Below the pieces are notes generated by a model. It saw nothing but the letters and a program-made list of their open reading frames with translations. It searched no databases and was not told where the DNA came from. A DNA stretch of 62,929 nt, the filler included, from Theionarchaea archaeon (GTDB taxonomy: Archaea; Methanobacteriota_B; Thermococci; Methanofastidiosales; SZ-28-30): the NCBI GenBank assembly GCA_018992565.1. It is 6 parts of 6 records of this genome, joined end to end, with 100 filler letters (N's around TTAATTAATTAA, not from the genome) between each part and the next. Parts side by side here need not be neighbours in the genome. Positions count along the whole stretch, not along the records: positions 49,133 to 60,325 come from JACVGW010000083.1; positions 60,426 to 62,929 come from JACVGW010000154.1; 4 more parts are not named here. One strand, written 5' to 3'. A program made the translations under genes and the position numbers. The number at the start of each line of letters is the position of its first letter. Position 1 is the first letter of the stretch. Positions 50,975-61,578 of the stretch are shown in pieces.

Positions 50975-51072
50975 GTGATTCACTGCACGTCGGAGTGTTT
51001 TGCAGGTATCCAGTGATGACAATGGGCTTTTATGAAGACAGATTTATCCCTTTTCACAAAGGACCCAGGACT

Positions 51073-51966
51073 CTACAGAACTCTTGCCAGAATAGTCCCT
51101 TTTTCTTCATATATGCATACGATTCTCTCACGTTCCAGGATCTTCAGGTAATCATAACACTCTGCCAGAGCCAGGAGCACCTCTGATGCAGGTATATTGC
51201 CAAAAACCACTTTGGTTACCTCTGCCAAGGACTGTGGTGTTTCTTGGAGAGAATCCAGGACAGTAAGACGTCTCTGCTCATGTTCTTTCAGAATGGTGTG
51301 TATTCTTGCGATATGATCTTTAATGACTGCTCCATGTCCGGGAAAGACTGTGTCCACGCGTATCTGAGAAAGAGTGCGCAGCGACTGCTGATATGCTTTG
51401 AGTCCACATGTTTCATCAAAGACTGCATGGATGCTGGGATTGGTGGAGATCGTGGGCAGCAAGGTATCTCCTGCATACAGGACATCTCCCATGACAAAAC
51501 AGCAGCTCCCTCCTGTGTGACCCGGTGTGTGGATCACCTGCATTGCACCCTGTTCAGTCATGACTTTCTCCTTTAATGGTTCAGCAGGACAGCGTTCCCC
51601 ATATGTCCTGAGTTCGTGATAGTATTCCTTGAAATGGAGGACCAGCTTTTCAGATAGTCCGCTTTTTTTCAGGAAATCTGCATACGTCTGTGATTTCTTG
51701 TCCAGTTCATTCTCATAATCTGTAACTGTTAGAAGATCATTTTTGTGAACGAATACTGTGCAATCAGTCTTCTCCTTCAAGTAGTACGCCAATCCGTGGT
51801 GATCAACGTGTCCATGGGTGATAACAACATTGACTATTGAATCCAGGTTGAGCCCGTCCAAGACCTTCAGAGCTTCTGGGGTTCTGGGTCCTGTGTCTAT
51901 TAGTGTGTCTCCCACCAGGTACAGGTTGACATCTCCCACAGCGAACGGTGTAGGTACCTTTATCAT
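51073..51966 (-). CDS. Metallo-beta-lactamase-fold hydrolase
   Basis: LIDTG, THGHVDH, HTPGHT, GD and PGHG. Confidence 0.92.
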   Translation of the reverse strand: MIKVPTPFAVGDVNLYLVGDTLIDTGPRTPEALKVLDGLNLDSIVNVVITHGHVDHHGLAYYLKEKTDCTVFVHKNDLLTVTDYENELDKKSQTYADFLKKSGLSEKLVLHFKEYYHELRTYGERCPAEPLKEKVMTEQGAMQVIHTPGHTGGSCCFVMGDVLYAGDTLLPTISTNPSIHAVFDETCGLKAYQQSLRTLSQIRVDTVFPGHGAVIKDHIARIHTILKEHEQRRLTVLDSLQETPQSLAEVTKVVFGNIPASEVLLALAECYDYLKILERERIVCIYEEKGTILARVL

Positions 51967-52289
51967 TGGCAGAATTTGTCCATCTCGTTCTTAAATATAG
52001 CGTCCTCCTCTCTGAAGAGAGTTGTACAATCCTTGAGATTCTGCAGGCATAGAATTTGCTCCTCCAACTCTCTCAGTCTGGATAGCTGTTCAGAATATAA
52101 TCTCTACGATGGAAAAATCAGAAGGCATTAAGGAATCAACCACGTTCTCTGAAGTCTTTATCAGCTGTAAAAGTAGAAAGCAAGAGAGAATCAGAGTCAT
52201 CTATATTCTCTTCTCTTTTGCTTTCAATTCATCTTCTATCCGGGTTCTAGCCAGCAAGTAAAGCTCGTGCATCTATAATCACCTCACGC

Positions 52290-52335
52290 TTAAGTACATA
52301 AAGATAGTATATAAACTTTACGGTCATGTACTTAA
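52290..52335. promoter_or_regulatory. Perfect 10-bp inverted repeat (TTAAGTACAT...ATGTACTTAA) flanking a minus-strand TATA box
   Basis: Arms at 52290-52299 and 52326-52335 enclose AAAGTTTATATA on the minus strand. A further ATGTACTT lies at about 52411. Confidence 0.55.
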
Positions 52336-52502
52336 AATGTGTCGAAACATACTTGCAATACATTACAAAGCGATAATGTTCAAATCAATGTGGCCTAGAA
52401 ATACATAAAAATGTACTTCAAGATTTCAGACAGGCTGCTGCCGCTTACAGACCTGTCATGAAATCATGATATGAAAGAAAAGAAGGAACAAGAAAGAGAA
52501 AC

Positions 52503-53717
52503 CTAGAGAGGGAATATTTTCTTGTAATCAATTTTTGTTCTCTTACCCTGTTCATCAATACGTTCGATTATGAAAGGCAGTTCGCCTTTGCCTGTCGACC
52601 GGAGAGCTCTTGCTGCAAGGCTCAGTACTTCAAGGGGGTTGACAGAGGCTTCAGGTGGCAGGACTCCCTTTGCAGGTATCTTTCCCTGCGCCATGAGTGC
52701 CGCGCCAATGGCGGCGGGTATTCCAGTCCCTTCTCCCATACCCTGGCCACGAGAACCCAGAGCAAAAATGTACTTCTCTTTCTTACCATCTTGTTCTCCC
52801 CCCACCACTATTTTCAAGCTTCCCATTGGTTCCGTGAAGCCTGCCTTTTTCAGCAGCTGTTCTCTCTGGGACAGAATGAAAGCAACTGCGAAGTCCAGTG
52901 GAACAACGCGCTGCCCATTGACAGATATGGGTTCTTCTGCAGTGATGCCCAGTCTGACCACTCCTTTGATCAGCTCTGCGTATCCTGGAGGCAGAACCAG
53001 CCCCAGGTTGGTGACGCGCTGCACACCTGTGATGTGCTGGGGCAAGGTTATAGTCTCCGGATGGGGATATGCATATACCTGATACGTACCCACACCTGGG
53101 AATTCACACAATTCCTCCAAGGCCCTGCCGCTTTCTTCAAATAGCCTCACATACTGAAGGGAGCCGTTGAGAAATACGGGGATCTCCATGTTCATAGAGT
53201 GTATTCTGTGTTTCACAACTGCAGCTCCTTCTGTTTCTTCACCCCCATGGGCATGGTATATATCTACTGATTTAACGTCAAGGAAATTCTCGCAGAACTT
53301 GACCAGCACGTTGGCCAATCCAGGTGAACTTCCCATACCGATCAGTGCAGAGACATTGTGTTGAATAGCTTTCTGATGGAGTTTCAGTTGCTCCATCGTT
53401 GCATCCAGGTCATCACATACATCCACATAGTTGACTCCTTCCTCGATAGCTGCTGTGAGAATGGGTGGTCCGTATTTGTAAAAGGGGCCTATACAGTTGA
53501 GTACAACATCTGAATCTTTCATTACCTCCCGCAATTGTCCAGGATCCTCAGCGTTGCATTTGACGCAGAGCGTCTCACACGAACAGGTATCAGCTACATT
53601 TTCTGCATAGTGTACGTTAATGTCTCCAACGGTAATAGTATCAAATACTCCTAGAGCATCAAGTGTTTTTATGGCAGTGGTGCCTACTGTACCACAGCCT
53701 AGAACAGCTACCTGCAT
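52503..53717 (-). CDS. Saccharopine dehydrogenase family protein
   Basis: VLGCGTVG, NCIGPFYKYG, YVDVCDD, GMGSSPG and HPETIT. Confidence 0.9.
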   Translation of the reverse strand: MQVAVLGCGTVGTTAIKTLDALGVFDTITVGDINVHYAENVADTCSCETLCVKCNAEDPGQLREVMKDSDVVLNCIGPFYKYGPPILTAAIEEGVNYVDVCDDLDATMEQLKLHQKAIQHNVSALIGMGSSPGLANVLVKFCENFLDVKSVDIYHAHGGEETEGAAVVKHRIHSMNMEIPVFLNGSLQYVRLFEESGRALEELCEFPGVGTYQVYAYPHPETITLPQHITGVQRVTNLGLVLPPGYAELIKGVVRLGITAEEPISVNGQRVVPLDFAVAFILSQREQLLKKAGFTEPMGSLKIVVGGEQDGKKEKYIFALGSRGQGMGEGTGIPAAIGAALMAQGKIPAKGVLPPEASVNPLEVLSLAARALRSTGKGELPFIIERIDEQGKRTKIDYKKIFPL

Positions 53718-54323
53718 AATATCACCAGTCCTCTTTGATATGTTGAGATATAAGCTTTTTGCGCCGCAGCAAAAGTATGTTAGTCGCTTCCAGAGGGTTC
53801 TTTCTGAATATGCTGTCTGGTGGACACTCCTGAGCCCTGATTTCCTTGGTTTGAGTTTTCAAAGTGTCATACGCGTGCTGTACAGATACTTGGATCCAGT
53901 GCAAGAAGAGTCCGGTCTCATTAGCATTCAAAGTGCAAGCCCATGAGAGGCGAAAACCTCACGAGGAAATCTGGATTCATAGAATAATCCTGCAGTTCCC
54001 GCTTATTCTTTATTTTTTGTCACGTACTGGCGTTTAGGACAAAATTGGGACACTATCAATGCTGGTTACAAAATCACTTCCAGGTAGATTCTACATGTGT
54101 ATCTGAAAGGGCAGACATAATTCTCAAATAGAATGCAGCTATAAAGTAATCAAAGAGGTGATATAGGAGTACTGGTGACCGAACAGGTAATAATGAAAAA
54201 TATGATACGTGCAGAGAGGAGTTGATGGCTATTTGCTTGTACTAGGAAGAAAAGAACAATGTTATAAGGAAATAGCCGAGGAAGTAGAATCTTCTAATAA
54301 AATAGTAGAGAGGAGGTGTTGAT

Positions 54324-54737
54324 ATGGCTAACATCAGTAGAATTGACGTGCGAATTGCAACTGGAAATAGAAGCGGTGCAGGCACAAATGGACACATTTT
54401 CATTGGGGCATGCGGTCGAGAGTTCGTCATAGACTCATCTGACGATGACTTTGAACGAGGTGCTGACCGGACATACACATTGGGCGCGGGGGGAAATGTC
54501 AGTCACAAAGAGTTCAATGACCCGCGAAACCCCCAACTCAACACGGGGCACCTGACTAGATTCCCGGTATACCTGCGTTTCGAACCAGCTGGCGATCATG
54601 CAGACTGGAATCTAGAACAAGTCGACATCACAGTAAATCCTGGGGAGAATCAGGTGAAGTATACTACTCTCGCAAGTGGCCCAAATCTCTGGCTAGGCCA
54701 AAACTATGGCAAAATGATCTATCTCAAGGGGACGTGA
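54324..54737 (+). CDS. Stand-alone PLAT/LH2-like domain protein
   Basis: IATGNRSGAGTNG, DFERGAD and WNLEQV PLAT-like motifs; GGAGGTG Shine-Dalgarno. Confidence 0.6.
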   Translation: MANISRIDVRIATGNRSGAGTNGHIFIGACGREFVIDSSDDDFERGADRTYTLGAGGNVSHKEFNDPRNPQLNTGHLTRFPVYLRFEPAGDHADWNLEQVDITVNPGENQVKYTTLASGPNLWLGQNYGKMIYLKGT

Positions 54738-54866
54738 CGATGGATCGATGAGCGTCCAATACAGGAAGATTCTCTTTCTTTTTTTTGTATTATCTTCTGA
54801 ATTCAGCTCTTTTTCTTTTTCAGCATTTTCAGAACCCTCTCAACATGCTGCAATGCTTCAGGGTGA

Positions 54867-55928
54867 TTATGGACATGTCCGGCTCTTGATTGCACAACGA
54901 TTCCGTGAGATTCGCAGTACTAGAAGTCCTCCAAGAACCAACACTGCCAGAAGAAGAGAGCCTGAGCATACTCCATCCTTGTCAATATACACCCCAAAGA
55001 TATCATTGTTGTCATTTCTGAAATCCTGAAACACCACAGTCTTCTCAAAAATTGCGGGAAATCCCTGTTCATCAGGATCGGTCATCACAGGGAATTCTTT
55101 CCGGGTGTTGAGGTCAAGTCCGTAGATATCGGTATTACCATTTCTCAGGTCCATCCATATTACCGTATCCCCGTAGATTGAGGGGATGCCCTGATCAGAT
55201 GAATCCTGCGTAATGGGGAATTCCTGGCCAGTTTCCAGGTTGAACCCATAGATGTCAGCACTTTCATTTCGTCGGTCCGTCCATACCACGTAGTCTCCAA
55301 AGATTTTGGCCAGTCTCTGATCAGAAGGATCATCAGTAATCTGGAATTCTTCGTGAGTGGTCATATCCAGCGCGTAGATATCATAGTTCCCATTCCTATT
55401 GTCCTCCCAGACGACAATATCTTTGTAGATGCTGGGGTAGTGCTGCTCACCGGGGTCAGTACACACAGGGAACTGCTCTTCAGTTGTCAGGTTGATCCCG
55501 AAAATGTCATAGTTCCCATTCCTATCATCTTCGAAAACGACTATGTTCTCATAGATTTGGGGAACCCACTGCTCGCTCTCATCAATCACCACAACAAACT
55601 CATGCTCAGTCAGCAGATCGTAGCCATAAAGATCGTAATCTCCATTTCTGTCATCCATGAACACGATGATGTGGCCAAAAATTGCAGGAAACCCTTGATC
55701 GCCCATGTTCGTGCATATGGGAAATTCTTCTCTGGTGGAAAGGTTGTATGCATAGATGTCGTGATTTCCATTTCTGTCATCTTCCCACACCACAATGTCT
55801 TCATAGATTGCAGGAACCCACTGGTCGCCCTGGCTGACAGCAACTGTGAATTCTTCGGTGGAGCTAGCGCACAGGACAAGAAGCAGAGAGATGATGAATG
55901 TTCCAGCGAGTATTTTGACTGAGTTCAT
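54867..55928 (-). CDS. Surface beta-propeller repeat protein (Methanosarcina-type repeats) with a GVCSGS membrane anchor
   Basis: Seven Q..P.I....VV[WF].D.RNG..DIY repeats, a signal peptide, and a C-terminal TM with basic tail. Confidence 0.85.
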   Translation of the reverse strand: MNSVKILAGTFIISLLLVLCASSTEEFTVAVSQGDQWVPAIYEDIVVWEDDRNGNHDIYAYNLSTREEFPICTNMGDQGFPAIFGHIIVFMDDRNGDYDLYGYDLLTEHEFVVVIDESEQWVPQIYENIVVFEDDRNGNYDIFGINLTTEEQFPVCTDPGEQHYPSIYKDIVVWEDNRNGNYDIYALDMTTHEEFQITDDPSDQRLAKIFGDYVVWTDRRNESADIYGFNLETGQEFPITQDSSDQGIPSIYGDTVIWMDLRNGNTDIYGLDLNTRKEFPVMTDPDEQGFPAIFEKTVVFQDFRNDNNDIFGVYIDKDGVCSGSLLLAVLVLGGLLVLRISRNRCAIKSRTCP

Positions 55929-56042
55929 ACGTTCCACTTTCTTACAGACTACAAAGAGCATATAAGGGTTCCGTTTCAGAAGATGAACTGGTGTCTGAAA
56001 AGAATCCTGGCAAAAGGGATTATGGTAATGACAGCCTGGATT

Positions 56043-56735
56043 TTACGGTTCATCCGAGAGAGAGTTCACAAACCTCTCTATGGCGGAATTGAATGCCTCT
56101 GGCTGTTCCAGCATTGCCATGTGGCCACAATTCTCAATTGTTTCAAGACGTGAACCCCTGATGTTGTCTGCCAGGTATTGTGAGTATTTTGCCGGAGTTA
56201 GTATATCCTGCTGACCAGCAATTACCAGGGTAGGGATAGATATTCTGTGGATTTCCCCCATAACGTTGAATGTGTCACATGCCAGAAAGTCATTGTAGGT
56301 TACATGAGGTGGTGTGGAGAGCATCTCCTTTCGGGAATGGGTCATGATCTGTTCTGTTTTGTTGTGTACAGCACTTTCCAGAATGAGATCGACAGTCTGC
56401 TCGTAGTGGTCAACAACATTCTCAAGGATTGCAGGTACAACGCGCAGTTTTGCCCCAGTCCCGGCCAGAATGCAGGCAGTTGCAGGGTATTTCAGAACAT
56501 AACTCAGCGTGATTGCACCACCCATTGAGTGACCAATGAGGACACTATCTCCATGCGACTTTATAGACTTCCGCACATCTTCGACGTAACCAGAAATTGT
56601 CTCTCTACCGTCTCCAGGGGTTCCACCATGCCCGGGGAGGTCTATGAGCAGTATCTCGTGATCAGAGAAGTGTCTTTTCTGGAAGGTCCAGACTTTGCTG
56701 CTGCTTCCAGCACCATGGACAAAGACAAGGTTCAT
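56043..56735 (-). CDS. Alpha/beta hydrolase
   Basis: FVHGAG, DLPGHG, GHSMGG and CGH. Confidence 0.92.
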   Translation of the reverse strand: MNLVFVHGAGSSSKVWTFQKRHFSDHEILLIDLPGHGGTPGDGRETISGYVEDVRKSIKSHGDSVLIGHSMGGAITLSYVLKYPATACILAGTGAKLRVVPAILENVVDHYEQTVDLILESAVHNKTEQIMTHSRKEMLSTPPHVTYNDFLACDTFNVMGEIHRISIPTLVIAGQQDILTPAKYSQYLADNIRGSRLETIENCGHMAMLEQPEAFNSAIERFVNSLSDEP

Positions 56736-56943
56736 GATGGTTCTTACCAGGGGGCTATTTAGAGGTTTGTCTTCAAGGTATAGCAATACTGTATATTCCG
56801 GATTTATTTCTCTTAAGGAGGCCGGGAAGAATGGCTACTATCCAGTTCCGTAAGGGCTGCAGCCAGCTGTAACTCTGAACTCATATATGTATTGGTCTCT
56901 ATAGTATTAATCAAGAATCATAGTGCACCCACGAATCACAAAA

Positions 56944-57541
56944 TCAGTATCCTGCTGCAACCTGTGAGATAATTCTGTTTTCAGCCTTCCTCAAATGCTC
57001 CACTGTGGTAGCCTTGCTGATGCCCAGTTTCTCGGAGAGTTCTTCTGCCGTGATCTCCCTGGGAACATTATAATATCCATTTTTGTGGGCAGCCAACATA
57101 ACCTCCTTCTGCCTTTCAGTGAGACAGGACAGAACGTTGTGCCCAGAAAAGGTAGCCTTGTGAAAGGAGAGACTTCTGATGATCTTCATTGACCTGAATA
57201 CTTGCAGTATCTTCCTTAGAGTCTTACTGTCTGAGATTATGGTGAAGACGATTTTCTCCTCTGACGTAATGAAAGGAAAATCAAAAAGTATGTTCTCCGC
57301 CAATAAGGACTTCCAGGGCTGCATTTCCCTCACTCTTGCGAATGCTCCTTTATCTTTTATCTTTGCCAAGCATGTGTATAAGGTGTCCTTCTGTTCCAGG
57401 ATATCCAGAACATAGAAATCAGCAGGGATCTTCAAATCTTCCAGCGTTTTCCCCTCTTTCATCTTGATGTCTAAAATTGCCACTTTAATCCCCTTTTCAA
57501 TATCCAGCTTCAGCAATGCCTTCCCTTCTATGTATTCAACA
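56944..57541 (-). CDS. Bacterio-opsin-activator-type (HTH_10) regulator, 5'-truncated by the gap
   Basis: LTERQKEV..AHKNGYYNVPR..ELSEKLGISKAT..EHLRKAE. Confidence 0.88.
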
Positions 57542-57658
57542 NNNNNNNNNNNNNNNNNNNNNNNNNNNNNNNNNNNNNNNNNNNNNNNNNNNNNNNNNNN
57601 NNNNNNNNNNNNNNNNNNNNNNNNNNNNNNNNNNNNNNNNNAACAGGACAGTGATTCC

Positions 57659-58510
57659 ATGATAATTGAAGCTGAAACCCTCACCTACAGCTACGATGAT
57701 AATCTGGCTGTAGATCACATTTCTTTCTCCGTAGACAAGGGAGAAGTCCTTGGATTTTTGGGTCCCAATGGTGCAGGGAAAACCACCACTACCAAAATGC
57801 TTACTGGTCAGCTCATCCCCCAGGAGGGATGGGCAAGAATTATGGGAATTGATATTTCTCAGGATCCAAAGAAGGTCCATGAACGGATTGGGGTATGTTT
57901 TGAAGAAAAGAACCTGTACCCTCGGTTAACAGTCAGAGAAAACCTGGATTTCTTTGCAGGCCTTTTTGGCATCAGTCCTGACCTGGATGGATTGATGAAA
58001 CGTGTGGACCTCACAAAATGGGCTGATGATAGGGCAGAAACATTATCTAAAGGGTTACAGCAGCGGGTCATGTTTGCCCGGTCTTTGATCAATGACCCAG
58101 ATATTCTTTTCCTGGATGAACCAACTTCTGGTCTAGATCCCATTTCTGCTGATGCTATCAGGCAGATCATTGTGACAGAGAAAAAGAAAGGGAAGACCAT
58201 CTTTTTGACAACTCACAACATGATGGAAGCAGACAAACTCTCAGATAGAGTGGCGTTTATTAATGAAGGAAAGATTGTAGCGTTGGATACGCCTGAGAAT
58301 CTGAAATTGAAACTGGGGAAGCGAACCCTCAGAGTGAAGACACGGACCAAGAAGGGATTTGAAGAAGAGACTCTCCCATTGGACGATCCCAAGACACCTG
58401 AAAGGACCAAGAACCTCCTGGAGACAAAAGAGGTGGCTACCATCCACACCCAGGAAGCAACCCTGGAAGAAGTGTTTATTAAATTAACAGGGAGGAAGTT
58501 GGAACAATGA
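57659..58510 (+). CDS. ABC-2 transporter ATP-binding protein
   Basis: GPNGAGKTT, LSKG and LDEPTSGLDP. Confidence 0.93.
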   Translation: MIIEAETLTYSYDDNLAVDHISFSVDKGEVLGFLGPNGAGKTTTTKMLTGQLIPQEGWARIMGIDISQDPKKVHERIGVCFEEKNLYPRLTVRENLDFFAGLFGISPDLDGLMKRVDLTKWADDRAETLSKGLQQRVMFARSLINDPDILFLDEPTSGLDPISADAIRQIIVTEKKKGKTIFLTTHNMMEADKLSDRVAFINEGKIVALDTPENLKLKLGKRTLRVKTRTKKGFEEETLPLDDPKTPERTKNLLETKEVATIHTQEATLEEVFIKLTGRKLEQ

Positions 58511-59556
58511 ACCCTCAATGTGTCAAGGCTATTATGAAAAAGGATACCATTGCAGCTATAAGAAACAGCCTGGTCCTCATGGGGTTAATCTCCGGTATTA
58601 TGTTTGCTGCTGTATACTACGTCTTACCTGCCAGTGTTGAAGAGACCTTTGACCTGGCAGTATATGGGGAGTCGCAGGTGTTCTCTCAACTTGGAGGAGA
58701 GGAGGGGATTGCCTTTCATTTCTTTGAATCATCGGAAGATGTCGAAAAAGCAGTAGAGGAAGGTGACTATGTAGCAGGGCTGGTGCTCCCCAAGGATTTT
58801 GATACGTTACTTGCAACAGGTGAGAAGCCGGAGGTTGTGCTCTACTTTGATTCAGAGCAGCCAGAAAACGTGAGGACTTCCATCGCCTATTTTATCGAAC
58901 TGGCTGTGGAGTATGCAGCTTTGCAGAAACCGTTGCCTCAAATGGAAGGAGAAATCCTGGGAGAGGATATGGCGGGGAAGCAGATCCCCCTGAGAGAACA
59001 GTCTATACCCCTCTATCTGGTCATGGCCCTCGTGATGGAGATGTGGACAATATCCACCCTGATAGTTGAAGAAAGTGCTGCAGGAACACTGAGAGCAGTT
59101 CTGGTTACCCCTGCTTCTCCTTCGGACGTGATCCTGTCCAAAGGAGTGGTGGGCATAGGATATTCTCTCCTTGTTGCTGTGGCCATCCTGGTCCTGACAA
59201 AGACCTTTAGAGGAGATATTCCTGTTCTATTCTTGGGTGTCCTCCTGGGCGCTCTTCTTTCAGTGACATTGGGGCTGTTTCTGGGAAGCCTCACGAATGA
59301 TATTACAGGTTCCTATATTTATGTTGGCGTACCACTTCTGATACTGATATTGCCTGGGCTGGTCATTTTGTTACCAGGTGCTTCACTTTCTGTGATAAAG
59401 GCAATACCGACATACTACCTGGTGGATGCGGTAAACCAGATTCTCAATCATGGCGCTGGGCTGTCTGACGTGTGGAGAGATTTTGCCATTGTGGGTATGT
59501 GTGATATTGGGCTTTTCTTCCTGGGAGTGATTTCCCTCAGGAGGCGATATTCATGA
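58507..59556 (+). CDS. ABC-2 transporter permease
   Basis: EESAAGTLRAVLVTP and multiple TM segments. Confidence 0.88.
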   Translation: MNPQCVKAIMKKDTIAAIRNSLVLMGLISGIMFAAVYYVLPASVEETFDLAVYGESQVFSQLGGEEGIAFHFFESSEDVEKAVEEGDYVAGLVLPKDFDTLLATGEKPEVVLYFDSEQPENVRTSIAYFIELAVEYAALQKPLPQMEGEILGEDMAGKQIPLREQSIPLYLVMALVMEMWTISTLIVEESAAGTLRAVLVTPASPSDVILSKGVVGIGYSLLVAVAILVLTKTFRGDIPVLFLGVLLGALLSVTLGLFLGSLTNDITGSYIYVGVPLLILILPGLVILLPGASLSVIKAIPTYYLVDAVNQILNHGAGLSDVWRDFAIVGMCDIGLFFLGVISLRRRYS

Positions 59557-60325
59557 ATATCCGTCGGATGTTCCAGATGACAAAAAAGGATATTAAGCTC
59601 GTTACCAGGGGGACCTTCTTTTTGTTCATGATTATTATGCCCATTCTCATGTCCGTTGCACTCAATGCAGCGTTGGGCAGTGTAGGCACATCTGCTCCTG
59701 CTGTTGCAGTGTATGGAGAAAGTGAGTTGATACCTCTGCTTGAGCAGGAACCTTCAATCCACGTGGTTACAGCTCAATCTGAACAGGAGCTGAGGAATAA
59801 GGTTCTTGAAGGCGAGTATGATGCAGGGGTGGTATTTGAGGGTGGGACATCTCCTTTGGTTTTGGTTTCCGGCAAGAGTCTCTTGAATGATCGGTTGACT
59901 GTCGGAGCCACACTCGTGAAGGTCTACCAGGAACAAATGGGAGCCGAAGAGGTGATCTCCTTTGAAACCAGGACTGTGGGTGGAGAGGAGTATCCATTGA
60001 AGGTGCGAATCATGCCCTTCATGCTGATTATTGCTGTCATGGTGGGTGGATTGATTATTTCCTCCTCTCTAGTTGAAGAACGAGAGCTGAAGACCCTGAA
60101 TGCCGTTTTGGTGACTCCTATCACGCCCCTAGAAGTTATTGTGGCCAAGACATTGTTTGGGCTGTTTCTGGGATTTGTTTTGAGCGCCATTATCCTGGCT
60201 CTGAATAGTACTCTCACTGGTGGGCTGTACCTGGTGGTGCTGTTCTTGATTCTGGGAACACTCTTTACCGTGGGACTGGGGTTAATTGGAGGAGTCATCA
60301 TGAAGAATATCACTGATCTGATAAC
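59553..60325 (+). CDS. ABC-2 transporter permease, 3'-truncated
   Basis: EERELKTLNAVLVTP; paralogue of the preceding gene. Confidence 0.85.
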
Positions 60326-60657
60326 NNNNNNNNNNNNNNNNNNNNNNNNNNNNNNNNNNNNNNNNNNNNTTAATTAATTAANNNNNNNNNNNNNNNNNNN
60401 NNNNNNNNNNNNNNNNNNNNNNNNNTTCTTGATACAGCAGATGCAAAGCGATCATCTGGCCAGGGCAGCAATCCTGACGTTGATGAAGACTTTAACGATC
60501 TGTACAGGGCGGATATTGGTACTTTTCCTGTGGAAATGGTTGAGAACGACATCATATGTGATGAAGCCAGAAAGGAACTCCAGGTGCACACTGTCCACGT
60601 CTTGTCTCAGGTATGTTAGGTATTTATGCACCGAAGACCTACGATACCAGTGATTAA

Positions 60658-61548
60658 ATGGAGCTCACGAATAAGGTGTGTATGATCACAGGCGCCAATT
60701 CGGGAATTGGCAAACAAGCAGCTCTACAGCTTGCCCAACTGGGAATGACTGTTGTCATGGTTTGCAGAAATAAGTCCAGGGGGCAGGCTGCTCTGACAGA
60801 GATTAGAAAAAAAAGTGGCAGCGAACATGTTGATTTGTTACTGGCAGACCTTTCTTCACAGAAGTCTATACGAGAGCTTGTGAAGGATTTCACCTGTGCG
60901 TATGATAATCTTCACAGCTTGATCAATAATGCTGCGAATTTTGATTATTCTCTCAAAACCCCTGTTCTTACTGAAGATGGAATAGAAATCATTTTCGCTA
61001 CCAACCATCTGGGACCTTTCCTATTGACGAATCTACTCCTCAACGTCCTGAAAGAAAGTGCGCCCTCTCGCATTCTCAATATTGCATCTAAGGGACTCAT
61101 AACTCATCCGTGGCTGACTATTGAATTCGATAACTTGAATGGCCAGAAGAAATTTAGCTATTCCCACGCATATTACCACTCTAAATTGGCTCAGATCATG
61201 GTTACCTATGAACTGGCCCGCAGGTTAGAAGGAACTGGTGTTACGGTGAACTGCATACGAGTTCCAAATGTGAAAATAGACCTGAACCGTGCACGAGATC
61301 TGCCCTGGTATATGCGTCATACATACAGGATAAAAAGGTCTTTTGGAATAACACCTGAGGAAATGGCAAAAACATACGTTCACCTCGTGACGGCACCCGA
61401 AATGGAGGGTGTAACAGGTAGATATTTTGATGAACGTGGAAACGAGGTGAAGTCTTCAGAGAAATCCTATGATAAGAACGTGTGGAAGAACCTGTGGGAC
61501 GTCAGTGCGGAGCTTACGCATCTGAGTACTGAAGAAAAAAGAAATTGA
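60658..61548 (+). CDS. Short-chain dehydrogenase/reductase (retinol-dehydrogenase-like)
   Basis: TGANSGIG, NNA, NHLGPFLLT and YYHSK. Confidence 0.92.
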   Translation: MELTNKVCMITGANSGIGKQAALQLAQLGMTVVMVCRNKSRGQAALTEIRKKSGSEHVDLLLADLSSQKSIRELVKDFTCAYDNLHSLINNAANFDYSLKTPVLTEDGIEIIFATNHLGPFLLTNLLLNVLKESAPSRILNIASKGLITHPWLTIEFDNLNGQKKFSYSHAYYHSKLAQIMVTYELARRLEGTGVTVNCIRVPNVKIDLNRARDLPWYMRHTYRIKRSFGITPEEMAKTYVHLVTAPEMEGVTGRYFDERGNEVKSSEKSYDKNVWKNLWDVSAELTHLSTEEKRN

Positions 61549-61578
61549 TCTGCAAGATCGCTCTCATAGTTCAGGTCG

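Noticed and set aside
54990..55850. Periodic DNA repeats suggestive of a CRISPR array (also 18620-19400 and the Rhs gene)
   Set aside because: They are degenerate codon-level repeats of protein beta-propeller or YD units. There is no identical repeat-spacer structure and no cas gene.
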